This document shows positions 23,899 through 36,300 of a stretch of DNA of 64,000 nucleotides, one piece after another. The notes beneath the pieces are model-generated. The model saw only the letters and a list, made by a program, of their open reading frames with translations. It made no database searches and was not told the DNA's origin. Made by a program: the position numbers and the translations under genes. The DNA is from Eledone cirrhosa (Eukaryota). Every line of letters starts with the position of its first letter. Position 1 is the first letter of the stretch. The stretch spans positions 30,380,001 to 30,444,000 of the forward strand of contig OZ024740.1 in NCBI GenBank assembly GCA_964016885.1, given 5' to 3'.

Positions 23899-23910
23899 GC
23901 CGAAATAGCT
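23899..23910 (-). promoter_or_regulatory. Primer-binding site complementary to the 5' 12 nt of cytosolic tRNA-Phe
   Basis: AGCTATTTCGGC directly after the 5' LTR CA. Metazoan tRNA-Phe(GAA) begins GCCGAAAUAGCU. Confidence 0.8.
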
Positions 23911-24166
23911 TGTGGTTAGAAAAAGCTATCTCACTTACCACTTTTCACCAGCGCCGCTAAATTCCACTGCAGGTTACTCCTCTTCCACGTGCCTCCAACT
24001 GCGTAACACCGGGAGCTGCCCAAAACTCGCGTCCACACCGTTTGCTGGTCACCACTAGAGAGAGGCCCTCTGCTGGCCCTTCTGGTCGAGCATCCTTCCA
24101 GCCAAAACACCCTTCCGGTCGAGCACTCCCCCGCCTCCGGCCACCGCACGCCACACCATACCCACA
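23911..24166 (-). repeat. 5' LTR (256 bp)
   Basis: Four substitutions versus the 3' LTR. Confidence 0.95.
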
Positions 24167-24327
24167 CTTTGCACAGAGATAATATCCATAGGCGAAACTA
24201 CAATTGTAACTGCTGGTGCAGCTCCTGCTTCTGCAGTCCAGGTCTGCAATTCATTCACCCAGTGCCTGGCAGACAAAAAAGTGCTGCCATAAAATGGGTG
24301 GTGCAACCTACCTTTGGTAACTTACTG

Positions 24328-24358
24328 ACCCCGAGCAACGCCGGGCTTTAATGCTAGT
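24328..24358 (+). mobile_element. Helitron-like 3' terminus
   Basis: cccg-agcaacgc-cggg hairpin followed by ...gCTAGt. Confidence 0.55.
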
Positions 24359-24420
24359 ATATATATAAAGACAAAAGAAATTACACAAAACGAGGCATAT
24401 TACCGGTTTTTGCATATTAC

Positions 24421-24651
24421 CTTTCCTGCTCCTGGAAGGTTATAGTTGTAGTCAGGTAAGGAAGGTAGAAGGTAGAAGGTAGAAAAGTTTGAAGAAAATA
24501 TCACACTTTTTACTTGGGTAAGCATCAAATTTCTTTGCTTTAAATGGAAAAAATTCGTATTTTTCTCTGCAGCAAGACGACAACAACGGACAAGATGAAG
24601 TGACAAGTGGTAGGACATGTTGTTGAGAAGTTCTGCTGTTTAAATATTTTC
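24421..24651 (-). pseudogene. MRM1: Probable first coding exon, mitochondrial-presequence-like (ATG at 24618; MSYHLSLHLVRCCRLAAEK...PGAGK)
   Basis: tgatttgcAG acceptor and AAG|GTAATA donor. The N-terminus is rich in Arg/Ser/Leu. Contains a 7-bp triplication (TCTACCT). Confidence 0.65.
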
Positions 24652-24829
24652 CTGCAAATCATAACAAAAGAAATTTGACTGGGTTAATTATATGGAATAC
24701 TGTGATGAGAATCAGAGTGCCAGCAAGAACGATAATTAGTTTTAAGATTGGCACAAGGTTAGCAATTTAAAGGGAAGGGGAAGTCGATCATATTGACCTA
24801 AGTATTTTACTGGTATTATATTTTATCAT

Positions 24830-25007
24830 GGCAGTATCGCTAGAGGGTCGGACGCCATGCTTTCCAGCATAGTTACGTCCCTTTACGATCTGAGTTCAAA
24901 TCCCGCCGAGGTTGACTTTGCCTTTCATCCTTACGGGGTCGATAAAATAAAGTACCAGTAATACACTGGATAATTGCTGGCCTTGTGCCAAAAAGTAGAA
25001 ACAATTA
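24830..25007 (+). mobile_element. SINE family A (nested in an older minus-strand copy, 24740-24826)
   Basis: Head, B box and central domain. Confidence 0.85.
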
Positions 25008-25039
25008 TATTTTATCAACCTCTTACAGACACTCAGGTT

Positions 25040-25450
25040 GACCAGACACAGTATAAATGATGTAGATACTCGTTACTTTTGTGTCTTCGTTGTTGTTTGG
25101 TTCAAACCAGCCATTTTATTCGGGCACAATCTATCTTGGACTACACTATCCAATGCGTACAATAATTTGAGGGAGATTTGGTCGCACTTTTTCGTTACCA
25201 AGGTTTTCTTCAGTTTCCGGGTATGAGTGATAATAGATTTCGTTTAAATAAGTTGAAATTATCTCGTCCGATTTGGCGGAATCACTTCGTATTGTCTCTC
25301 TCTCACACGGACACACGGAACATTAATCGTCATCCTAACATGTGTATAAAGCGAATCGGACGAGATATTACCATTTTCTCCGAAGGAGATCAACAGGCAA
25401 TGATATCCCTGGAAAAGTAAAAGTGCCGATTTCTGTTATTCCTAGTTAGT
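25040..25450. promoter_or_regulatory. Putative CpG-enriched, possibly bidirectional promoter and first exons
   Basis: Local CpG enrichment. Minus strand has AAAATGGC (YY1-like) then donor AAAA|GTAACG at 25076. Plus strand has donor-like CGG|GTATGA at 25221. Confidence 0.4.
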
Positions 25451-26124
25451 CGAGCGATAGTTTAAAGACTTCTACGTTTGTTCGTGATTGAGTGCCCCCC
25501 CCCCCCCCCCCCCCTAACTCCTGATAGAGTCGTAGGTGCGCCGTATTGGCGGACCCCGTCCCTCTCCAGGCCTGAGTAAACCAGATTTCTTCCAGAGAAA
25601 GATAGAAAGTGTGAGAGAGAGAGGAAATAAGAAAGCGATATAGCAGAGTGGAACGTTTTTTTATCGACCTCGAAAGGATGAAAGGCAAAGTTGATCTCTG
25701 TGGGATTTGAACTCCGAGAGTAGAGAGCCGGAACGAATACCATAAATCATTCTGTCCGACGTTCTAGCTGAGTGTGTAAAAACATAAACACAACACAAAC
25801 AAAAAAATTTTTTTTTCAAATGAAGAAAGAATAAAGAAAATGTGACTTATGGAAGTGAAGGCTTCTAAAATGGTGAGGGATATAACACGTGCTTTAAAGA
25901 CGTACAAGTAATAGAAAGTAAAAATAGCAATGTTTTCATTCTGCTTCTATTTTTCAGTAGTATATCAAAGGAAAATATGTGAACCTGGAAATCACTTCAG
26001 TTAGCTCAAATGTTTGAATGGCATTGAATGTTGTTAAGTCGGCTTTACCGGTGTTAGGGCAATAATATTCCCCATTATATTTAAACAAAACAACCGACTG
26101 GCGGAAGGGAAACAACTGCTACAT

Positions 26125-26303
26125 AATTGTTTCTACTTTTCGCAAAAGGCCATTAATTACGCCAGTGTATTACTGGTACTTTATTTTATCGACCCCGTAA
26201 AGATGAAAGGCAAAGTTAACCTCGGCGGGATTTGAACTTAGACCGTAAAGGGCCGTAACTCTATGCTGCAAAGCATGGTGTCCGACCCTCAACCAATACT
26301 GCT
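26125..26303 (-). mobile_element. SINE family A
   Basis: Reverse complement of consensus. Confidence 0.85.
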
Positions 26304-26456
26304 AAATAATGCAAGGGAAATAACTCGGGAAATCTTGTGTCATTTTAACTAACGTTTTGGACTAATGAATTGCTCGATGGAGACTAAGTTCGATTAAATT
26401 AATAAATTAGTCGATATTTTACTGTAAATTATTTTTTGGCTGTGAGAATTAATATA

Positions 26457-26752
26457 ATGGACATGCTTACAGAATCAGAAAACAGTACAGCTCCCATGAC
26501 TTTCGGAAAACTTTTTTCCTGCTCAGAGTTGCTGAAGCAGGAACAAACTACCTACATCAGTTGTTAGTTGTTAGGACACTGCATTCTTTAAAACTACCAT
26601 GCTTGCTGAAATTCGCCAACATTACACCTGATATTCCCTCTCCAAACATGTGTGTATATCATGACTCAGACACTGTTCACTTTGCTGACTTTTCTACATT
26701 ATTCTATGTACTATATATATATATGCATCTTTCATGAGTTGTAGAGCACCTG
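26457..26752 (+). mobile_element. CR1 LINE 3' end, followed by SINE A (26775-26903)
   Basis: ggacatgcttacag...ctcagagttgctgaagc. Confidence 0.85.
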
Positions 26753-27343
26753 GCAGTCTTGATAGAGAATCGGAGGCCATGCATTGCAGCATAGAGTTAC
26801 GGCCCTTTGCGGTTTGAGTTCAAATCCCGCTGAGTTTAACTTTGTCTTTCATCATTTTGGGGTCAATAAAATAAGATACCAGTAATGCACTGAGATAATT
26901 GCTAGAAGAGAGAGAAAGGGAGAGAAAGAAGGGAAGGGGGAGTGAGATGGAAAGAGAGAGAGAGAGAGAGAGGAAGCTAGAGTTAGGGAGAGAGAGGAGA
27001 ATGAGAGTGAGTGAGTGAGAAAGAGAGAAAAGAGAGAGAGAATTGACCCCAGTACTGGACTGGTATTTTATTTATTGACCTCAAAAGAGTGAAAGGCAAC
27101 GTTGAACTCAGCGCACAGTGACCCAGAACAAATACTGTGGCATTTTTAATCTGATGCCCTAACGACTCTGCCAATTAGGCACTGTGCACTTTATAAGCCA
27201 GCTGGAATGGCTCCTACATCCTCCAGGGAAACACATTCTCTATTCTGTCTGCCAGGGCCACAGGGAACCCAGCACATGGGCCCTCATTTTCTTATTATAG
27301 AGATCAGTTGCTCTCTGACAGGTTTGTGGTAGAACCTGTAGCA

Positions 27344-30300
27344 GTGTCCTTGGCCCTAGGACCACTTCCCTACTCATCACCATCGGCTTCTGGTGTCCTT
27401 GGCCATAGGACCACTTCCCCATTCACCAACATCGGCTTCTGGTGTCCTTGGCCCTAGGACCACTTCCATACTCACCACCATCGGCTACTGGTGTCCTTGG
27501 CCCTAGGACCACTCCCTACTCACCACCATTGGCTTCTGGTGTCCCTGGCCATAGGACCACTTCCCGATTCACCAACATCGGCTTCTGGTGTCATTGGCCC
27601 TAGGACCACTTCCCTACTCACCACCATCGGCTTCTGGTGTCCTTGGCCCTACGACCACTTCATACTCACCACCATCAGTTTCTGGTGTCCTTGGCCCTAG
27701 GACCGCTTCCCTATTAACAACCATCGGCTTCTGGTGTCCGTGGCCCTAGTAACACTTCCCTACTCACCACCATCGGCTTCTAGGTGTCCTTGGCCCTAGG
27801 ACCACTTCCCCATTCACCAACATCGGCTTCTGGTGTCCTTGGCACTAGGACCACTTCCCTACTCACCACCATCGGCTTCTGGTGTCCTTGGCCCTAGGAC
27901 CACTTCCCTACTCACCACCATCGGCTTCTAGTGACCTTTGCCCTAGGACCACTTCCATACTCACCACCATTGGCTTCTGGAGTCCTTGGCCCTAGGACCA
28001 CTTCATACTCACCACCATCAGTTTCTGGTGTCCTTGGCCCTAGGACCACTTCCCTACTCACCACCATCGGCTTCTGGTGTCCTTGGCCCTAGGACCACTT
28101 CCCTATGAACAACCATCGGCTTCTGGTGTCCTTGGCCCTAAGACCACTTCCCTATTAACAACCATCGGCTTCTGGTGTCATTGGCCCTAGGACCACGTCC
28201 CTATTAACAACCATCGGCTTCTGGTGTCCTTGGCCCTAGGACCACTTCCCTACTCACCACCATCGGCTTCTGGTGTCCTTGGCCCTAAGACCACTTCCCT
28301 ACTCACATCCATCGGCTTCTGGTGTCCTTGGCCCTAAGACCACTTTCCTATTAACAACCATCGGCTTCTGGTGTCCTTGGCCCTAGGACCACTTCCCTAC
28401 TCACCACCATCGGCTTCTGGTGTCCTTGGCTCTAAGACCACTTCCCTACTCACCACCATCGGCTTCTGGTGTCCTTGGCCCTTGGACCATTTCCCTATTA
28501 ACAACCATCGGCTATTGGTGTCCTTGGCCCTAGGACCACTTCCCTATTAACAACCATCGGCTTCTAGTATCCTTGGCCCTAGGACCACTTCCCTACTCAC
28601 CACCATCGGCTTCTGGTGTCCTTGGCCTTAGGAACACTTCCTTATCAACAACCATCGGCATCAGGTGTCCTTGGCCCTAGGACCACTTCCTACTCACCAC
28701 CATCGGCTTCTGGTGTCCTTGGCCCTAGGACCACTTCCCTATTAACAACCATCGGGTTCTGGTGTCCTTGGCACAAGGACGACTTCTCTACTCACCAGAA
28801 TCGGCTTCTGGTATCCTTGGCCCTAGGACCACTTCCCTACTCACCACCATCGGCTTCTGGTGTCCTTGGGCCAGGGATCACTTCCCTACTCACCACCATC
28901 GGCTTCTGGTGTCCTTGGCCCTAGGACCACTTCCCTACTCACTACCATCGGCTTCTGGTGTCCTTGGCCCTAGGACCACTTCCCCACTCACCACGATCGG
29001 CTGCTGGTGTCCTTAGCCCTAGGACCACTTCCCTATTAACAACCATCGGGTTCTGGTGTCCTTGGCCCTAGGACCACTTCCCTAATCACCACCATCGGCT
29101 ACTGGTGTCCTTGGCCCTAGGACCACTTCCCCACTCACCACGATCGGCTGCTGGTGTCCTTAGCCCTAGGACCACTTCCCTATTAACAACCATCGGCTTC
29201 TGGTGTCCTTGGCCCTAGGACCACTTCCCTACTCACCACCATCGGCTTCTGGTGTCCTTGGCCCTATGACCACTTCCCTACTCACCACCATCGGCTTCTG
29301 GCGTCCTTGGCCCTAGGACCACTTCTCTACTCACCGCCATCGGCTTCTGGTGTCCTTGGCACTAGGAACACTTCCTTATCAACAACCATCGGCTTCTGGT
29401 GTCCTTGGCCCTAGGACCACGTCCCTGTTAGCAACCATCGGGTTCAGGTGTCCTTGGCCCAAGGACCACTTCTCTACTCACCACAATCGGCTTCTGGAAT
29501 CCTTGGCCCTAGGACCACTTCCCTACTCACCACAATCGGCTTCTGGTGTCCTTGGCCCTAGGACCACTTCCCTACTCACCACCATCGGCTTCTGGTGTCC
29601 TTGGCCCTAGGACCACTTCCCTACTCACCACCATCGGCTTCTGGTGTCCTTGGCCCTAGGACCTCTTCCCTATTAACAACGATCGGCTTCTGGTGTCCTT
29701 GGACTAGGACCACTTCCCTACTCACCACCATCGGCTTCTGGTGTCCTTCGCCCTAGGACCACTTTCCTACTCACCACCACCGGCTTCTGGTGGCCTTGGC
29801 CCTAGGACCACTACCCCACTCACCACCATCGGCTGCTGGAGGTCCTTGGCCCTAGGACCACTTCCCTATTAATAACCATCGGCTTCTTGTGTCCTTGGCC
29901 CTATGACCACTTCCCTACTCACCACCATCGGCTTCTGGTGTCCTTGGCCCTAGGACCACTTCCCTACTCACCACCATCGGCTTCTGGAGTCCTTGGCTCT
30001 AGGACCACTTCCCTATTAACAACCATCGGCTTCTGGTGTCCTTGGCCCTAGGACCACTTCCCTACTCACCACCATCGGCTTTTGGTGTCCTTGGCCCTAG
30101 GACAACTTCCCTACTCACCACCATCGGCTTCTGGTGTCCTTGGCCCCAGGACCACTTCCCTATTAACAACCATCGGCTTCTGGTGTCCTTGGCCCTAGGG
30201 CCACTTCCCTATTCACTACCATGGGCTTCTGGTGTCCTTGGCCCTAGGACCACTTCCCTACTCACCACCATCGGCTTCTGGTGTCCTTGGCCCTAGGACC

Positions 30301-33300
30301 ACTTCCCTACTCACTACCATCGGCTTCTGGTGTCCTTGGCTCTAGGACCAATTCCCTACTCACCACCATCGGCTTCTGGTATCCTTGGCTCTAGGACCAC
30401 TTCCCTACTCACTACCATCGGCTTCTGGTGTCCTTGGTTCTAATGCCACTTCCCTATTAACAACCATCGGCTTCTGGTGTCCTTGGCCCTATGACCACTT
30501 CCCTACTCACCACCATCGGCTTCTGGTGTCCTTGTCCTAGGAGAACTTCCCTATTAACAACCATCGGCTTCGGGTGTCCTTGGCCTAGGACCACTTCCCT
30601 ACTCACCACCATCGGCTTCTGGTGTCCTTGGCCCTAGGACCACTTCCCTAATCACCACCATCGGCTACTGGTGTCCTTGGCCCTAGGACCACTTCCCCAC
30701 TCACCACGATCGGCTGCTGGTGTCCTTAGCCCTAGGACCACTTCCCTATTAACAACCATCGGCTTCTGGTGTCCTTGGACCTATGACCACTTCCCTACTC
30801 ACCACCATCGGCTTCTGGCGTCCTTGGCCCTAGGACCACTTCTCTACTCACCACCATCGGCTTCTGGTATCCTTGGCCCTAGGACCACTTCCCAAATCAC
30901 CGCCATCGGCTTCTGGTGTCCTTGGCACTAGGAACGCTTCCTTATCAACAACCATCGGCTTCTGGTGTCCTTGGCCCTAGGACCACTCCCCTGTTAGCAA
31001 CCATCGGGTTCTGGTGTCCTTGGCCCAAGGACCACTTCTCTACTCACCACAATCGGCTTCTGGAATCCTTGGCCCTAGGACCACTTCCCTACTCACTACC
31101 ATCGGCTTCTGGTGTCCTTGGTTCTAATGCCAGTTCCCTACTCACCACCATCGGCTTCTGGTGTCCTTGGCCCTAGGACCACTTCCCCACTCACCACGAT
31201 CGGCTGCTGGTGTCCTTCGCCCTAGGACCACTTTCCTACTCACCACCACCGGCTTCTGGTGGCCTTGGCCCTAGGACCACTACCCCACTCACCACCATCG
31301 GCTGCTGGAGGTCCTTGGCCCTAGGACCACTTCCCTATTAATAACCATCGGCTTCTTGTGTCCTTGGCCCTATGACCACTTCCCTACTCACCACCATCGG
31401 CTTCTGGTGTCCTTGGCCCTAGGACCACTTCCCTACTCACCACCATCGGCTTCTGGAGTCCTTGGCTCTAGGACCACTTCCCTATTAACAACCATCGGCT
31501 TCTGGTGTCCTTGGCCCTAGGACCACTTCCCTACTCACCACCATCGGCTTCTGGTGTCCTTGGCCCTAGGACCACTTCCCTACTCACCACCATCGGCTTT
31601 TGGTGTCCTTGGCCCTAGGACAACATCCCTACTCACCACCATCGGCTTCTGGTGTCCTTGGCCCCAGGACCACTTCCCTATTAACAACCATCGGCTTCTG
31701 GTGTCCTTGGCCCTAGGGCCACTTCCCTATTCACTACCATGGGCTTCTGGTGTCCTTGGCCCTAGGACCACTTCCCTACTCACCACCATCGGCTTCTGGT
31801 GTCCTTGGCCCTAGGACCACTTCCCTACTCACTACCATCGGCTTCTGGTGTCCTTGGCTCTAGGACCAATTCCCTACTCACCACCATCGGCTTCTGGTAT
31901 CCTTGGCTCTAGGACCACTTCCCTACTCACTACCATCGGCTTCTGGTGTCCTTGGTTCTAATGCCACTTCCCTATTAACAACCATCGGCTTCTGGTGTCC
32001 TTGGCCCTATGACCACTTCCCTACTCACCACCATCGGCTTCTGGTGTCCTTGTCCTAGGAGAACTTCCCTATTAACAACCATCGGCTTCGGGTGTCCTTG
32101 GCCTAGGACCACTTCCCTACTCACCACCATCGGCTTCTGGTGTCCTTGGCCCTAGGACCACTTCCCTAATCACCACCATCGGCTACTGGTGTCCTTGGCC
32201 CTAGGACCACTTCCCCACTCACCACGATCGGCTGCTGGTGTCCTTAGCCCTAGGACCACTTCCCTATTAACAACCATCGGCTTCTGGTGTCCTTGGCCCT
32301 ATGACCACTTCCCTACTCACCACCATCGGCTTCTGGCGTCCTTGGCCCTAGGACCACTTCTCTACTCACCACCATCGGCTTCTGGTATCCTTGGCCCTAG
32401 GACCACTTCCCAAATCACCGCCATCGGCTTCTGGTGTCCTTGGCACTAGGAACGCTTCCTTATCAACAACCATCGGCTTCTGGTGTCCTTGGCCCTAGGA
32501 CCACTTCCCTGTTAGCAACCATCGGGTTCTGGTGTCCTTGGCCCAAGGACCACTTCTCTACTCACCACAATCGGCTTCTGGAATCCTTGGCCCTAGGACC
32601 ACTTCCCTACTCACTACCATCGGCTTCTGGTGTCCTTGGTTCTAATGCCAGTTCCCTACTCACCACCATCGGCTTCTGGTGTCCTTGGCCCTAGGACCAC
32701 TTCCCCACTCACCACGATCGGCTGCTGGTGTCCTTAGCCCTAGGACCACTTCCCTATTAACAACCATCGGCTTCTGGTGTCCTTGGCCCTATGACCACTT
32801 CCCTACTCACCACCATCGGCTTCTGGCGTCCTTGGCCCTAGGATCACTTCTCTACTCACCACCATCGGCTTCTGGTATCCTTGGCCCTAGGACCACTTCC
32901 CAAATCACCGCCATCGGCTTCTGGTGTCCTTGGCACTAGGAACGCTTCCTTATCAACAACCATCGGCTTCTGGTGTCCTTGGCCCTAGGACCACTTCCCT
33001 GTTAGCAACCATCGGGTTCTGGTGTCCTTGGCCCAAGGACCACTTCTCTACTCACCACAATCGGCTTCTGGAATCCTTGGCCCTAGGACCACTTCCCTAC
33101 TCACCACAATCGGCTTCTGGTGTCCTTGGCCCTAGGACGACTTCCCTACTCACCACCATCGGCTTCTGGTGTCCTTGGCCCTAGGACCACTTCCCTACTC
33201 ACCACCATCGGCTTCTGGTGTCCTTGGCCCTAGGACGACTTCCCTATTAACAACGATCGGCTTCTGGTGTCCTTGGACTAGGACCACTTCCCTACTCACC

Positions 33301-36300
33301 ACCATCGGCTTCTGGTGTCCTTCGCCCTAGGACCACTTTCCTACTCACCACCACCGGCTTCTGGTGGCCTTGGCCCTAGGACCACTACCCCACTCACCAC
33401 CATCGGCTGCTGGAGGTCCTTGGCCCTAGGACCACTTCCCTATTAATAACCATCGGCTTCTTGTGTCCTTGGCCCTATGACCACTTCCCTACTCACCACC
33501 ATCGGCTTCTGGTGTCCTTGGCCCTAGGACCACTTCCCTACTCACCACCATCGGCTTCTGGAGTCCTTGGCCCTAGGACCACTTCCCTATTAACAACCAT
33601 CGGCTTCTGGTGTCCTTGGCCCTATGACCACTTCCCTACTCACCACCATCGGCTTCTGGTGTCCTTGGCCCTAGGACCACTTCCCTACTCACCACCATCG
33701 GCTTCTGGTGTCCTTGGCCCTAGGACGACTTCCCTATTAACAACCATCGGCTTCGGGTGTCCTTGGCCAGGGACCACTTCCCTACTAACCACCATAGGCT
33801 ACTGGTGTCCTTGGCCCTAGGACCACTTCCCTACTCACCACCATCGGCTTCTGGTGTTCTTGGCCCTAGGACCACTTCCCTATTAAAAACCATCGGCTTC
33901 TGGTGTCTTTGGCCCTAGGATCACTTCCCTATTCACCACCATGGGCTTCTGGTGTCCTTGGCCCTAGGACCACTTCCCTACTCACCACCATCGGCTTCTG
34001 GTGTCATTGTCCCTAGGACCACTTCCCTATTAACCACCATCGGCTTCTGGTGTCCTTGGCCCTAGGACCACTTCTCTACTCACAACCATCGGCTTCTTGT
34101 GTCCTTGGCTCTAAGGCCACTTCCCTACTCACCACCATAGTCTTCTGGTGTCCTTGGCTCTAGGGCCACTTCCCTACTCACCACCATCGGCTTCTTGTGT
34201 CCTTGGCCTAGGACCACTTCCCTACTCACCACCATAGTCTTCTGGTGTCCTTGGCTCTAGGGCCACTTCCCTACTCACAACCATCGGCTTCTGGCGTCCT
34301 TGGCCTAGGACCACTTCCCTACTCACCACCATAGTCTTCTGGTGTCCTTGGCTCTAGGGCCACTTCCCTACTCACCACCATCGGCTTCTGGTGTCCTTGG
34401 CCCTAGGACCACTTCCCTACTCACCACCATCGGCTTCTGGTGTCCTTGGCCCTAGGACCACTTCCCTACTCACCACCATCGGCTTCTGGTGTCCTTGGCC
34501 CTTGGACGACTTCCCTATTAACAACCATCGGCTTCTGGCGTCCTTGGCCTTAGGACCAATTCCCTATTAACAACCATCGGCTTCTGGTGCCCTTGGCCTA
34601 GGCCCACTTCCCTACTCACCACCATCGGCTTCTGGTGTCCTTGGCCCTAGGACCACTTCCATAATCACCGCCATCGACATCCGGTGTCCTTAGCCCTAGC
34701 ACCTCTTCCCTACTCACCACCATCGGCTTCTGGTGTCCTTGGCTCTAGGACCACTTCCCTACTCACCACCATCGGCTTCTGGTGTCCTTGGCCCTAGCAC
34801 CACTTCCCTACTCACCACCATCGGCTTCTGGTGTCCTTGGCCCTAGCACCTCTTCCCTACTCACCACCATCGGCTTCTGGTGTCCTTGGCCCTAGCACCA
34901 CTTCCCTACTCACCACCATCGGCTTCTGGTGTCCTTGGCCCTAGCACCTCTTCCCTACTCACCACCATCGGCTTCTGGTGTCCTTGGCCCTAGCACCACT
35001 TCCCTACTCACCACCATCGGCTTCTGGTGTCCTTGGCCCTAGCACCACTTCCCTACTCACCACCATCGGCTTCTGGTGTCCTTGGCCCTAGCACCACTTC
35101 CCTACTCACCACCATCGTCTGCTGGTGTCCTTGGCCCTAGCACCACTTCCCTACTCACCACCATCGACTTCTGGTGTCCTTGGCCCTAGCACCTCTTCCC
35201 TACTCACCACCATCGGCTTCTGGTGTCCTTGGCCCTAGCACCACTTCCCTACTCACCACCATCGGCTTCTGGTGTCCTTGGCCCTAGCACCACTTCCCTA
35301 TTAACAACCATCGGCTTCTGGTGTCCTTGGCCCTAGCACCACTTCCCTATCAACAACCATCGGCTTCTGGTGTCCTTGGTCCTAGGACAATTTCCCCACT
35401 CACCACCATCGTCTGCTGGTGTCCTTGGCCCTAGGACCACTTCTCTACTCACCACCATCGGCTTCTGGTGTCCTTGGCCTTTAGACCACTTCTCTACGCA
35501 CAACCATCGGCTTCTGGTGTCCTTGGCTCTAGGACCACTTCCCTACTCACCACCATCGGCTTCTGGTGTCCTTAGCCCTAGGACCACTTCCCTATTAACA
35601 ACCATCGGCTTCTGGTGTCCCTGGCCTTAGGACCACTTCCCTACTCACCACCATCGGCTTCTGGTGTCCTTGGCCCTAGGACCACTTCCCTATTAACAAC
35701 CATCGGCTTCTGGTGTCCTTGGCCCTAGGGCCACTTCCTTACTTACCACCATCGGCTTCTGGTGACCTTGGCCCTAGGACCACTTCCCTACTCACCACCA
35801 TCGGCTTCTGGTGTCCTTGGCCCTAGGACCACTTCCATAATCACCACCATCGGCTTCCGGTGTCCTTGGCCATAGGACCACTTCCATAATCACCGCCATC
35901 GACATCCGGTGTCTTTAGCCCTAGGACCACTTCCCTACTCACCACAATCGGCTTCTGTTGTCCTTGGCCCTGGGACCTCTTCCCTACTCACCACCATCGG
36001 CTTCTGGTGTCCTTGGCCCTAGGACCACTTCCCTACTCACCACAATCGGCTTCTGGTGTCCTTTGCCCTAGGATCCCTTCCCTACTCACCACAATCGGCT
36101 TCTGGTGTCCTTAGCACTAGGACCACTTCCCTACTCACCACCATCGGCTTCTGGTGTCCTTGGCCCTAGGACCACTTCCCTACTCACCATAATCGGCTTC
36201 TGGTGTCCTTGGCCCTAGGATCACTTCCCTATTTACAACCGTCGGCTTCTGGTGTCCTTGGCCCTAGGACCACTTCCCTACTCACCACCATCGGCTTCTG

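Larger units (their letters stand above)
20707..24166 (-). mobile_element. LTR retrotransposon (gag-PR-RT-RH-IN order, Gypsy-like), non-autonomous
   Basis: TG...CA LTRs at 23911-24166 (5') and 20707-21003 (3'). 5-bp TSD CTTTG at 20702-20706 and 24167-24171. PPT-like gagatcaggggggccg. Confidence 0.97.
553..24651 (-). pseudogene. MRM1: MRM1-like (SpoU/TrmH family rRNA methyltransferase 1, mitochondrial) multi-exon gene, probably an unprocessed pseudogene; 3' exons lie beyond the left edge
   Basis: Phase-compatible exons spell ...GEILFGIHPVLLAL...LDKLSGSRPHQ|GVYLDVSYL...|...LWLLLYQVQ|DPMNFGAILCSAYYFGANKVIFSKENS|APINPVVSKSSAGALELL...|KLKKCGWKLLGTVG...PTVLIVG, the order of motifs expected in MRM1/RlmB. 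Several splice and coding lesions are present. Confidence 0.9.

Noticed and set aside
20707-24166. DIRS/tyrosine-recombinase element
   Set aside because: Direct TG..CA LTRs, a 5-bp TSD, an aspartic protease and an integrase HH remnant are present, with no recombinase.
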